Below are positions 9,590 to 17,065 of a stretch of 64,000 bases of DNA, piece by piece (the first letter of the stretch is position 1; every line of letters begins with the position of its first letter). A program made the position numbers and the translations under genes. This stretch comes from Erysipelotrichaceae bacterium (GTDB taxonomy: Bacteria; Bacillota_I; Bacilli_A; Erysipelotrichales; Erysipelotrichaceae). The stretch is taken from the NCBI GenBank assembly GCA_017431225.1, contig JAFRLM010000010.1:6342-70341 (forward strand), written 5' to 3'. A model generated the notes under the pieces. That model made no database searches. It had not been told where the DNA came from and saw only the letters and a program-made list of their open reading frames with translations.

Positions 9590-10678
9590 ATGAAGAAGTT
9601 TCTTAAAGTATTATTAGTATTTGCGGTCGCCTTTGTTGGCGGTTTCGCCGGGTCCTATGCCTACGGGCAATATGCCGGCAAACAGGAGGCGGCGGTCACC
9701 ACGGCTGAATCAGAGTCAGCCAACCAGCCGGTCAGCTATGTCGTAAAAGAGAGCAGCGATCTGAAGAGCGCGATCAAGAAAGCCTACGGCACTGTCGTCG
9801 AGATCCAGGTCAAATCCACATCGACAAACGTCTTCTATGGAGAATCATCCAGTATCGGCCTCGGCTCCGGCGTCATCGTCTCGGAAGACGGTTATATCAT
9901 CACCAACAATCACGTCGTCCAGAACTCCAATGAGATCACGGTAAAGACACAGGACGGCACCGAATACAGCGCGGAACTGATCGGTACAGACGTCAAGACC
10001 GATCTGGCAGTCATCAAGATCGAAGCCAGCGGACTGGAATACGCAAAACTCGCGGACTCCGACAAAGTCGAGATCGGCGATGACGCGATCGTTATCGGTA
10101 ACCCGCTGGGCGAAGGTATCAGCGTATCCAACGGTATCATCTCCGCCAAAGACAGACAGGTCACTGTCCGTAAACAGACGATGTATCTGCTGCAGACCAA
10201 CGCAGCCGTAAACGAAGGCAACAGCGGCGGCGGTCTGTTCGATATCAACGGCGATCTGATCGGTATCGTCAACGCCAAATCAGCGTCCAACATTCTGACC
10301 GGATCTGTTGAAGGACTCGGCTACGCGATCCCTAGCAACACCGTCCAGAAGATCGCGAAGGAGCTTGTGGAAAACGGTTACGTCAAAGACCGTGCCACCA
10401 TGGGCGTCATGTTGTCGGATCTTGAACAGTCGACTTCGGAATTTGAAAAAGGTGTCTACGTCACCGGCGTCGTTGAAGGCAGCGCTGCCGAAAAAGCCGG
10501 CCTGCAGATGTACGACCGTATCGTCGAATTTGACGGAACGGCTGTCAGCACCTATACCGAGATCAACCGTCTGATCCTGAAATATGAAGTCGGCGATACA
10601 GTCACTCTGAAGATCGTGCGTGAAGGCAAAGAGATCACCGCAACACTGAAACTGCAGGAAGCAACAAATCTGAACTAA
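9590..10678 (+). CDS. htrA: HtrA/DegP-family serine protease with C-terminal PDZ domain
   Basis: Start at MKKFLKVLLVFAVAF (TM anchor). Catalytic triad context TNNHVV / DLAVIKI / GNSGGGL. PDZ segment at the C-terminus. Confidence 0.9.
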   Translation: MKKFLKVLLVFAVAFVGGFAGSYAYGQYAGKQEAAVTTAESESANQPVSYVVKESSDLKSAIKKAYGTVVEIQVKSTSTNVFYGESSSIGLGSGVIVSEDGYIITNNHVVQNSNEITVKTQDGTEYSAELIGTDVKTDLAVIKIEASGLEYAKLADSDKVEIGDDAIVIGNPLGEGISVSNGIISAKDRQVTVRKQTMYLLQTNAAVNEGNSGGGLFDINGDLIGIVNAKSASNILTGSVEGLGYAIPSNTVQKIAKELVENGYVKDRATMGVMLSDLEQSTSEFEKGVYVTGVVEGSAAEKAGLQMYDRIVEFDGTAVSTYTEINRLILKYEVGDTVTLKIVREGKEITATLKLQEATNLN

Positions 10679-10685
10679 CACAGTA

Positions 10686-10710
10686 AAAGCCCCGGTCTGA
10701 CCGGGGCTTT
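10686..10710 (+). terminator. Terminator of htrA
   Basis: AAAGCCCCGG-TCTGA-CCGGGGCTTT. Confidence 0.65.
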
Positions 10711-10715
10711 CCTGT

Positions 10716-10748
10716 AAAAAAGGAGACCGGATCATCCGGTCTCCTTTT
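10716..10748. terminator. Bidirectional terminator (serves the EF-G paralog on the minus strand)
   Basis: AAAAAAGGAGACCGG-ATCAT-CCGGTCTCCTTTT. Confidence 0.7.
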
Positions 10749-10752
10749 CGTA

Positions 10753-12828
10753 TTATTCCTTTTCCTCGAGCTGAGCTTTTCTGGAAGCGATGACGCTTTC
10801 CGCAATGTTCTGCGGAGCCGGTTCATAACGGGCGAATTCTACATGGTAGGAACCACGGCCCTGTGTCATGGAACGGAGCTCTGTTGCGTAACGCATCATT
10901 TCAGCCATCGGTACTTCGACATCAACGACGATCTCATGATCAGCGGTTACTTCACTGCCCATGATGATACCGCGGCGCTTGGAGAAGTCACCAATGATCG
11001 CGCCGGTGTATTCTTCCGGAGCGGTAACAGTCGCCTTGACGATCGGTTCAAGAAGGATCGGCTTCGCTTTCGGCATACCGGCTTTGTAAGCCAGACGTGC
11101 AGCAGCCTTGAAGGCGATTTCCTTAGAGTCTACCGGATGGTAGGATCCATCATACAGAGTAGCCTTGACGCCGACGACTTTGTAACCGGCGAGAACACCG
11201 GATTTCATGCATTCACGAAGTCCGTCTTCAACAGCCGGGAAGTACTGTCTCGGAACAGCGCCGCCGAAGACTTCCTCAGCGAAGACCATTTCATCACTGT
11301 CGCAGGGTTCGAAACGGATCCAGACATCACCGTACTGGCCGGCACCGCCGGACTGTTTCTTATGCTTACCCTGAACTTCTGCCTTACCGCGGATGGTCTC
11401 GCGGTACTGGACAGTCGGTTCAGCAGTCTGAACTTCAACTTTGTATTTGTTCTTCAGCTTGGAAAGAACGACATCGATATGCTGGTCACCGACGGCATAT
11501 AAGATCTGCTCGTTGGTTTCCGCATTCTTTTCAAGACGCAGAGTCTTGTCTTCATCCAGGATCTTCTGGAGAGCGAAGGACATCTTGTCTTCGTCAGCCT
11601 TTGTCTTAGGCATGATCGCAACACCGAGCATCGGTTCCGGGAACTGGATATCCGGGAAGATGACCGGCTTGTCTTCATCGCAGAGTGTATCGTTTGTTTC
11701 GGTAACAGAAAGCTTTGTAACACAGCCTAAGTCACCGGTGAAGAGCTTACCGACAGCTTCCTGGTTTCTGCCCTTAACGACGTAGATCTGGGAGATCTTT
11801 TCGGTTTCTTCCTTCTTGCTGTTGTAGACAACGGAATCACTTGTCAGGACACCGCTCATGATCTTGAAGTAAGTGATCTTACCGACGAACGGGTCGACGA
11901 CTGTCTTGAAGACCTGTGCGGAGAAGGTCTCTTCGCCGTTTGTTTCCAGAATGACATCATTGCCGGCAGGATCTTTGGCAGTGACTGTACCCTTTTCGGC
12001 GTAGCACGGGAAATACTCGGTAACGAGGTCTAACAGACGGGAGATACCGATGTTCTTCGCAGCAGAACCACAGTAGACCGGGCAGATCTCACCGCTGCGG
12101 ACAGCGATACGGAGGCCCTTCGCGATCTCTGCTTCGGTGAACGGTTCTTCCATGAAGAATTTTTCCATCAGTTCATCGTCAGTTGTAGCGATCGCTTCGG
12201 CGATCTCGTTGTAATGAAGTGCTACTTCATCCTTGTAGGATTCCGGAACTTCCTGCGGTTCAGCCAGGTTGTTGTAGTACCATGCCTTGCCGCGCAGGAT
12301 GTTGATGGAACCGACGATCTCTCTGTTCTCGATGATCGGCATTTCGAACAGGAAGACGTTCTTACCGAATTTGTCACGCAGATCCTGGTAGACCTTTGCG
12401 TAATCGGAATGATCTTCATCGAGCTTGTTTACGAAGAAGATGGTCGGGAGACCCTTCTGACGTGCATATTTGACAGCCTTTTCCGTACCGGATTCAATAC
12501 CGTCCTTTGCGGAAACGACGATCAGGGCGTTGTCACCGACAGCGAGACCGGCCTGCATTTCACCTTCATAGTCCAGATAACCGGGGGTATCGATGAAGTT
12601 GATCTTGCTGTTCTTCCATTCGATCGGCATCAGGGCTGTGAAAACGGACTGTTTACGTTTTACTTCTTCCTGGTCATAGTCGAGGACGAAGTTGACATCT
12701 CTGCCGTTGCCCATTCTTTCGATCTGTTTTGTTTTGTAAAGGCAAGCCTCTACAAGCGCGGTTTTACCCGCGGCAGCGTGGCCTAAGAGGACGACGTTGC
12801 GAATATCTCTTGCTAAATAGTCTCTCAT
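10753..12828 (-). CDS. Elongation factor G paralog (EF-G2-like translational GTPase)
   Basis: 691 aa. G1 GHAAAGKT (non-canonical versus AHIDAGKTT), DTPG, NKLD. Full five-domain EF-G length. GGGGGA SD. Confidence 0.85.
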   Translation of the reverse strand: MRDYLARDIRNVVLLGHAAAGKTALVEACLYKTKQIERMGNGRDVNFVLDYDQEEVKRKQSVFTALMPIEWKNSKINFIDTPGYLDYEGEMQAGLAVGDNALIVVSAKDGIESGTEKAVKYARQKGLPTIFFVNKLDEDHSDYAKVYQDLRDKFGKNVFLFEMPIIENREIVGSINILRGKAWYYNNLAEPQEVPESYKDEVALHYNEIAEAIATTDDELMEKFFMEEPFTEAEIAKGLRIAVRSGEICPVYCGSAAKNIGISRLLDLVTEYFPCYAEKGTVTAKDPAGNDVILETNGEETFSAQVFKTVVDPFVGKITYFKIMSGVLTSDSVVYNSKKEETEKISQIYVVKGRNQEAVGKLFTGDLGCVTKLSVTETNDTLCDEDKPVIFPDIQFPEPMLGVAIMPKTKADEDKMSFALQKILDEDKTLRLEKNAETNEQILYAVGDQHIDVVLSKLKNKYKVEVQTAEPTVQYRETIRGKAEVQGKHKKQSGGAGQYGDVWIRFEPCDSDEMVFAEEVFGGAVPRQYFPAVEDGLRECMKSGVLAGYKVVGVKATLYDGSYHPVDSKEIAFKAAARLAYKAGMPKAKPILLEPIVKATVTAPEEYTGAIIGDFSKRRGIIMGSEVTADHEIVVDVEVPMAEMMRYATELRSMTQGRGSYHVEFARYEPAPQNIAESVIASRKAQLEEKE

Positions 12829-12842
12829 CTGTCCGTATCCCC

Positions 12843-13511
12843 CTATTTCAGAATGCCTTTCAGGCTATCGAGATTCTCGGTACGAACATAATGAACAGCC
12901 TTCTGTCCATTGTTATCGACGATCTCTTTATCAGCACCGTTGTTCAACAGGTATTCAACGAGTTCTGTGTATCCGCCGTAAGCAGCACGCATTAAGGATG
13001 TGCAGCCATTATTATCCTGCTTATTTACATCCGCGCCGGCACTCAGAAGATACTGGATGACATCGACCTTGAACGCGAGGACGGCTTCCATCAGAGCGGT
13101 ACGGCCCTTATTGTCCTGTGCGTTGACTTCAGCACCCTTCTCGACTAAGAACTTGACTGTGTCTGTCTCACCGAGGAATGCGGCACGCATAAGAGCTGTA
13201 CGGCCATTGTTGTCATGGGAATTGACATCCGCGCCTGCTTCGACCAGCAGACTGCAGATCTCGACAAAGCCCTTCTTGGCAGCGCCCATAATTGCGGTTT
13301 TATTGTTCTTGTCACGAGCTCTGACATCGGCACCGTTGTCTAAAAGGACACGTACGATTTCTGTATAGCCTCTTTTAGCACTGCGCATCAGGCCGGTTCT
13401 GCCGTCACCATTGGCAATATTGACGTTTGCACCTTTAGCGATAGCGGCACATACTTTGGCGTAGTCACCACTGGCACATGCGTCAAAAAATTCTTTGTTT
13501 ACCGTATCCAT
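12843..13511 (-). CDS. Cytoplasmic ankyrin-repeat protein (about 6 ANK repeats)
   Basis: Repeated 33-aa units D.NGRTALM.AA..G....V..LL..GADVN. No signal peptide. 14 nt upstream of the EF-G paralog. Confidence 0.9.
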   Translation of the reverse strand: MDTVNKEFFDACASGDYAKVCAAIAKGANVNIANGDGRTGLMRSAKRGYTEIVRVLLDNGADVRARDKNNKTAIMGAAKKGFVEICSLLVEAGADVNSHDNNGRTALMRAAFLGETDTVKFLVEKGAEVNAQDNKGRTALMEAVLAFKVDVIQYLLSAGADVNKQDNNGCTSLMRAAYGGYTELVEYLLNNGADKEIVDNNGQKAVHYVRTENLDSLKGILK

Positions 13512-13532
13512 AGTTATTTACCCTCCTTATAG

Positions 13533-13559
13533 CAAACAAAAAGCGAACACAAGTTCACT
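13533..13559 (-). terminator. Weak terminator-like hairpin plus U-tract in the 5' leader of the ankyrin gene
   Basis: Minus-strand AGTGAAC-TTGT-GTTCGCT followed by TTTTGTTTGC, immediately before the ankyrin SD (AAGGAGGG). Confidence 0.35.
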
Positions 13560-13650
13560 CGCAGCAATCATTTTCAGGCATGAAGAAACTATACGCATCG
13601 CAAACAGCACTATCCTCTGCGAAAAGTACGGCTGCATATAACCTCTCCAT
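13555..13650 (-). CDS. Candidate leader peptide uORF (31 codons: MERLYAAVLFAEDSAVCDAYSFFMPENDCCE)
   Basis: ATG preceded by AAGGTGG with 5-nt spacing. The TGA stop lies inside the 5' arm of the downstream hairpin. No homology evidence. Confidence 0.25.
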   Translation of the reverse strand: MERLYAAVLFAEDSAVCDAYSFFMPENDCCE

Positions 13651-13678
13651 GATAACCACCTTGCTTTCTTATACATAA

Positions 13679-13707
13679 ATTGTATCTTTTAAGCTGGTAA
13701 GAATCAA
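13679..13707 (-). promoter_or_regulatory. Sigma-A type promoter for the ankyrin/EF-G2 operon
   Basis: Minus-strand TTGATT, 17 nt, TACAAT. Confidence 0.5.
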
Positions 13708-13721
13708 GTAAAACCATTGCC

Positions 13722-14417
13722 CTAGTGCATCATCGAAACAACGCTTTTATAATCCGGAAGCTTTTCGGAAACGGTTCTGTAAAAATCACGGGAATGGTTC
13801 GGATAAAGGAAGTGGACCATCTCATGAAGATAGACATAATAGATACATTTCAGGGGAAAATGGATCAGATACGGGTTCAGAACGATCAGATTCTTCGTGG
13901 GATAACAGACGCCCCAGCGGCGTTTGTAGATCTTGAACTCGATCCGTGGGATACGATAGTACGCTTTTGATCTTAAAAACGCCAGAAGATCCTCTTCGTA
14001 CTCATTGCAGACCGAGCGCAGATACGGCAGAGAGGCTTCGTAAAAAGCCGAAAGGATCGTTTCCTTCGTACGTTTGTGTGTGTAGAAACAGATCGTATCA
14101 CCGCTGACGACGATATGCTCCTCTCCGTTCATTACAAGGAACTGAAATCTCTTTCCGAGGAACCAGATCTCCTCCCCTCCCTGATAGAGATAGGAGCTTT
14201 CCTTCTTGGCGATGATCTCATTGTTCTTTTTGGTGATCCAGTCTTTACGTTCCTCGATAAAACGAATACCGGCTCTTTCTCCCTGCAGAAAAGGAAGGTT
14301 GAGCCGGAGCTTATAGGGTTCACGGATGGTCAGAGAAAAAGACTTCTGGCTGCGGAAGTTCATCGTCAGTTCAAAAGTCTCTCCGTTGATATTAATTTCC
14401 CTGGTTAGAGTTCGCAT
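13722..14417 (-). CDS. YgjP-like (DUF45) zinc metallopeptidase family protein
   Basis: HEMVHFLYPNHSRDFY (HExxH). Start chosen at MRTLTREININGETF, overlapping the upstream gene by 26 nt. Ends in TAG. Confidence 0.8.
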   Translation of the reverse strand: MRTLTREININGETFELTMNFRSQKSFSLTIREPYKLRLNLPFLQGERAGIRFIEERKDWITKKNNEIIAKKESSYLYQGGEEIWFLGKRFQFLVMNGEEHIVVSGDTICFYTHKRTKETILSAFYEASLPYLRSVCNEYEEDLLAFLRSKAYYRIPRIEFKIYKRRWGVCYPTKNLIVLNPYLIHFPLKCIYYVYLHEMVHFLYPNHSRDFYRTVSEKLPDYKSVVSMMH

Positions 14418-15486
14418 TCGTCTCCTGACCGTGGATATAGTACATGTAGTATTCGTCAAAAGTCAGACCGGATTCACGGATCTTCGTGGCAAGCTCAGTG
14501 CCGACAAAACGCCAGTACGCGAAGTTGCCTTCCTCACCGGTGATGCTCTTCTTATTCTGCGGATATCTTTCGATAAAGCCGTATTCATGCGCATGTTCCT
14601 GCATCCATTTATAAGATGCCGTTTCACCGAACTGGGAAACTCTCGCGTTGGCGGAACTGACGACTTCAACTGCCAGACCGGTCTGCAGATCGGAATAGCC
14701 CGGACGGGTCGTATACATATCGGCGTCTAATCCGTAGGTCTCGTAATACGCTGCCTGATCATCATAGGATTTATAGGCGGTTACCGCGTAGATCCCCTCG
14801 CCTTCGACATTGGCAGCCAGATCATCACAGAGGCTCGTGAAAGCGGCAAGGCCTTCCGACTGCAGGAACAGATTCGGTACGCCATAGCGCTGCGGGATCT
14901 CAACGAGCTTATTCGGCTCGTATTGTCCGAGATAGAATTTTTTGGATACAAATGCGTCGATCGCGGAAGGATCTTTTACATCGGTGGTGTTCTCATAGGG
15001 GATCAGGTAATCATTGGTCAGCACAACAGAGGATGCGCTGTTTTCCGGATGATTGCGACAGTCATCGGCATAGGCCGCCGCATCCACTTTATCAAAGACG
15101 AAGAGCGGCATGAGCTCATAGTCGTGAGCGCCGCCGAAAAGTGTCAGCAGCTCATCGGAATTGTATTTCCCTGTCTGCGCCAGACGGTCATAAAGAGTAA
15201 AGGTATCTTCATTCACAAAATCACGGACGACATACAATCCAAGATATTTCTTATTGAATGTGTCCTTCTGCACTTCCTGGGCAAGATACTCGGAGTAATA
15301 GGAATTCGCGAGAATATCCTTATCGACGTTCTGTTTGAAGATCGCTTTGATCTCCTCCTCTTTGTAGCCGAGAGCCATAAGAGCCTGTTCTTTCTGATAA
15401 CGTGGGATCTTATATATAGACAGTGCGACAAGCAGCACTGCGGCAAGGACCACGACAAACCAGCGGTTAATCACTCTTTTAGACAT
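14392..15486 (-). CDS. Membrane-anchored LdcB/VanY (peptidase M15B) homolog with substituted zinc ligands (predicted pseudopeptidase)
   Basis: N-terminal TM RWFVVVLAAVLLVALSIY. M15B body (AVTAYKSYDDQ..., WMQEHAHEYGFIERYP), but RPGYSDLQTGLAVEV and NFAYWRFVG replace SEHQTGLAxD and EPWHxRYVG. Confidence 0.8.
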   Translation of the reverse strand: MSKRVINRWFVVVLAAVLLVALSIYKIPRYQKEQALMALGYKEEEIKAIFKQNVDKDILANSYYSEYLAQEVQKDTFNKKYLGLYVVRDFVNEDTFTLYDRLAQTGKYNSDELLTLFGGAHDYELMPLFVFDKVDAAAYADDCRNHPENSASSVVLTNDYLIPYENTTDVKDPSAIDAFVSKKFYLGQYEPNKLVEIPQRYGVPNLFLQSEGLAAFTSLCDDLAANVEGEGIYAVTAYKSYDDQAAYYETYGLDADMYTTRPGYSDLQTGLAVEVVSSANARVSQFGETASYKWMQEHAHEYGFIERYPQNKKSITGEEGNFAYWRFVGTELATKIRESGLTFDEYYMYYIHGQETNANSNQGN

Positions 15487-15495
15487 AAGCTCCTC

Positions 15496-16140
15496 CTAGA
15501 ATCCAAACGGAAAATGCGGACAGCGTGAACAGAAAGTCATTTCTTCCTGTTTCACCGGATGCCTGATCGTCAGCTCGCTCGACCAAAGAGCGATCTGCTG
15601 GCCAGGCTTTGCATCTTTATTATAGCGCTGATCACCATACAGCGGGTGATTTCGCGAGGCGAATTGAACGCGGATCTGATGCGGGCGGCCGGTCTTCAGC
15701 CGGATGAGGACCTTCGCGAAACCATTGCGGCGTTCAAGCACATCATACTCCAGTTCGGAATACTTCCCTTCGGGATCGACTTTGACCATGTTGGTCCTAT
15801 GATCCTTCAGAAGATGGTCGGTAAAGACATCGTGATCCTTTAGACCGTTATCGACAACGACTGCTTCATAGACTTTATGAAATGCACCCGTGCGGATCTG
15901 GTCACTCAGCCGGGAAGCGGCTTTGGAGGTACGCCCAAAAACGCAGACGCCCCCTACCGGCCGGTCAAGACGGTGAACGAGACCGAGATAGACATCTCCC
16001 GGTTTGCTGTATTTCTCCTTTACATACGCCTTTGCTTCGCTCAGCAGATCCAGGTCGCGGGAAGAATCCTCCTGCATCGGCTGGTTAGCCGGTTTTTCAA
16101 CGACCAGGAGATGGTTGTCTTCATAAAGAACGCGGATCAT
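15496..16140 (-). CDS. RluA-family pseudouridine synthase
   Basis: HRLDRPVGG catalytic-Asp motif and TGRPHQIRVQ. Start at MIRVLYEDNHLLVVEKP. Ends in TAG. Confidence 0.85.
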   Translation of the reverse strand: MIRVLYEDNHLLVVEKPANQPMQEDSSRDLDLLSEAKAYVKEKYSKPGDVYLGLVHRLDRPVGGVCVFGRTSKAASRLSDQIRTGAFHKVYEAVVVDNGLKDHDVFTDHLLKDHRTNMVKVDPEGKYSELEYDVLERRNGFAKVLIRLKTGRPHQIRVQFASRNHPLYGDQRYNKDAKPGQQIALWSSELTIRHPVKQEEMTFCSRCPHFPFGF

Positions 16141-17005
16141 AGCGGGTAACGATGCCGCAAGGCAGGCAAAAATCACTGTTTTCGATCGGGATCCCCAGTT
16201 CCTGCGAATCCGCTTTCCCCCGGAACCCGGCGATCGCCAGATGACTGTTCATAACGTTCTTCATGACTTCGCAGGAATAACCGGTCGTATAGGAACTGAT
16301 GAAATAGAACAGCGGATCGTCCGAAAGCAGTTTCAGGGTCTCTTCGATCAGGACATTGATCTGGTCCTCGAAGCGGAAAAGCTCATTGTTCGGACCGCGT
16401 CCGTAGCTTGGCGGATCCATTAGGATGCCGTCGTATTTACGGCCGCGTTTCTGTTCGCGGCGGACAAATTTCAGACAGTCATCAACGATAAAACGGATCT
16501 TATGGTCCTGCAGTCCGGAAAGCTGCATATTCTCCTTTGCCCACTGCACCATTCCTTTGGCGGCATCGACATGCACGACTTCCGCTGCACCAGCTGCGGA
16601 AGCAGCCATCGTCGCGGCGCCGGTATAGGCAAAAAGATTCAGGATGCGCACTTCTCTTTCCGCTTTTACGCCTTCCTTGACTTTGCGGGTAATGAAATCC
16701 CAGTTGGAAGCCTGTTCCGGGAAAAGACCGGTATGTTTGAAATCGGTCGGCGAGACCTTGAAGACAAGGTCCTTATACTTCACGTTCCATTGTTTCGGAA
16801 GCGTACGGTTGTATTCCCAGTGGCCGCCTCCCTGTGAGGAACGGTAATAGACAGCATCGCATTTATTCCAAAGATCAGGGAACTGTTTCGGCCAGATCGC
16901 CATCGGGTCCGGACGACGCAGAATGATCCCTGCCCAGCTTTCGAGTTTTTCTCTGTCTCCGCTGTCGAGGAGACGGTAATCCTTAAAATCAGTGCTCGTA
17001 ATCAT
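16121..17005 (-). CDS. Class I SAM-dependent RNA methyltransferase (RlmI/RlmK-like catalytic domain without PUA domain)
   Basis: Start at MITSTDFKDYRLLDSG. LFAYTGAATMAA SAM motif, MDPPSYGRG. The longer ORF-track N-terminus is antisense to pcrA and is rejected. Confidence 0.8.
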   Translation of the reverse strand: MITSTDFKDYRLLDSGDREKLESWAGIILRRPDPMAIWPKQFPDLWNKCDAVYYRSSQGGGHWEYNRTLPKQWNVKYKDLVFKVSPTDFKHTGLFPEQASNWDFITRKVKEGVKAEREVRILNLFAYTGAATMAASAAGAAEVVHVDAAKGMVQWAKENMQLSGLQDHKIRFIVDDCLKFVRREQKRGRKYDGILMDPPSYGRGPNNELFRFEDQINVLIEETLKLLSDDPLFYFISSYTTGYSCEVMKNVMNSHLAIAGFRGKADSQELGIPIENSDFCLPCGIVTRYDPRSL

Positions 17006-17065
17006 GGAAATATTATACCATGTTTTGCGAAAACTCCGGGCTCCGTCGTGTATAATAAAAAGGCT

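Noticed and set aside
10753-12828. EF-G paralog as a Tet(M)/Tet(O)-type ribosomal protection protein
   Set aside because: Its length (691 aa) and full domain set match EF-G/EF-G2 rather than the roughly 640-aa RPPs. No mobile-element context. The resistance function is left only as a speculative link in the leader finding.
12843-13511. Ankyrin-repeat gene as a horizontally acquired eukaryote-like effector
   Set aside because: It has no secretion signal and no flanking mobile genes. Its codon and GATC style look like the rest of the window, and it sits in an operon with a core-type GTPase.
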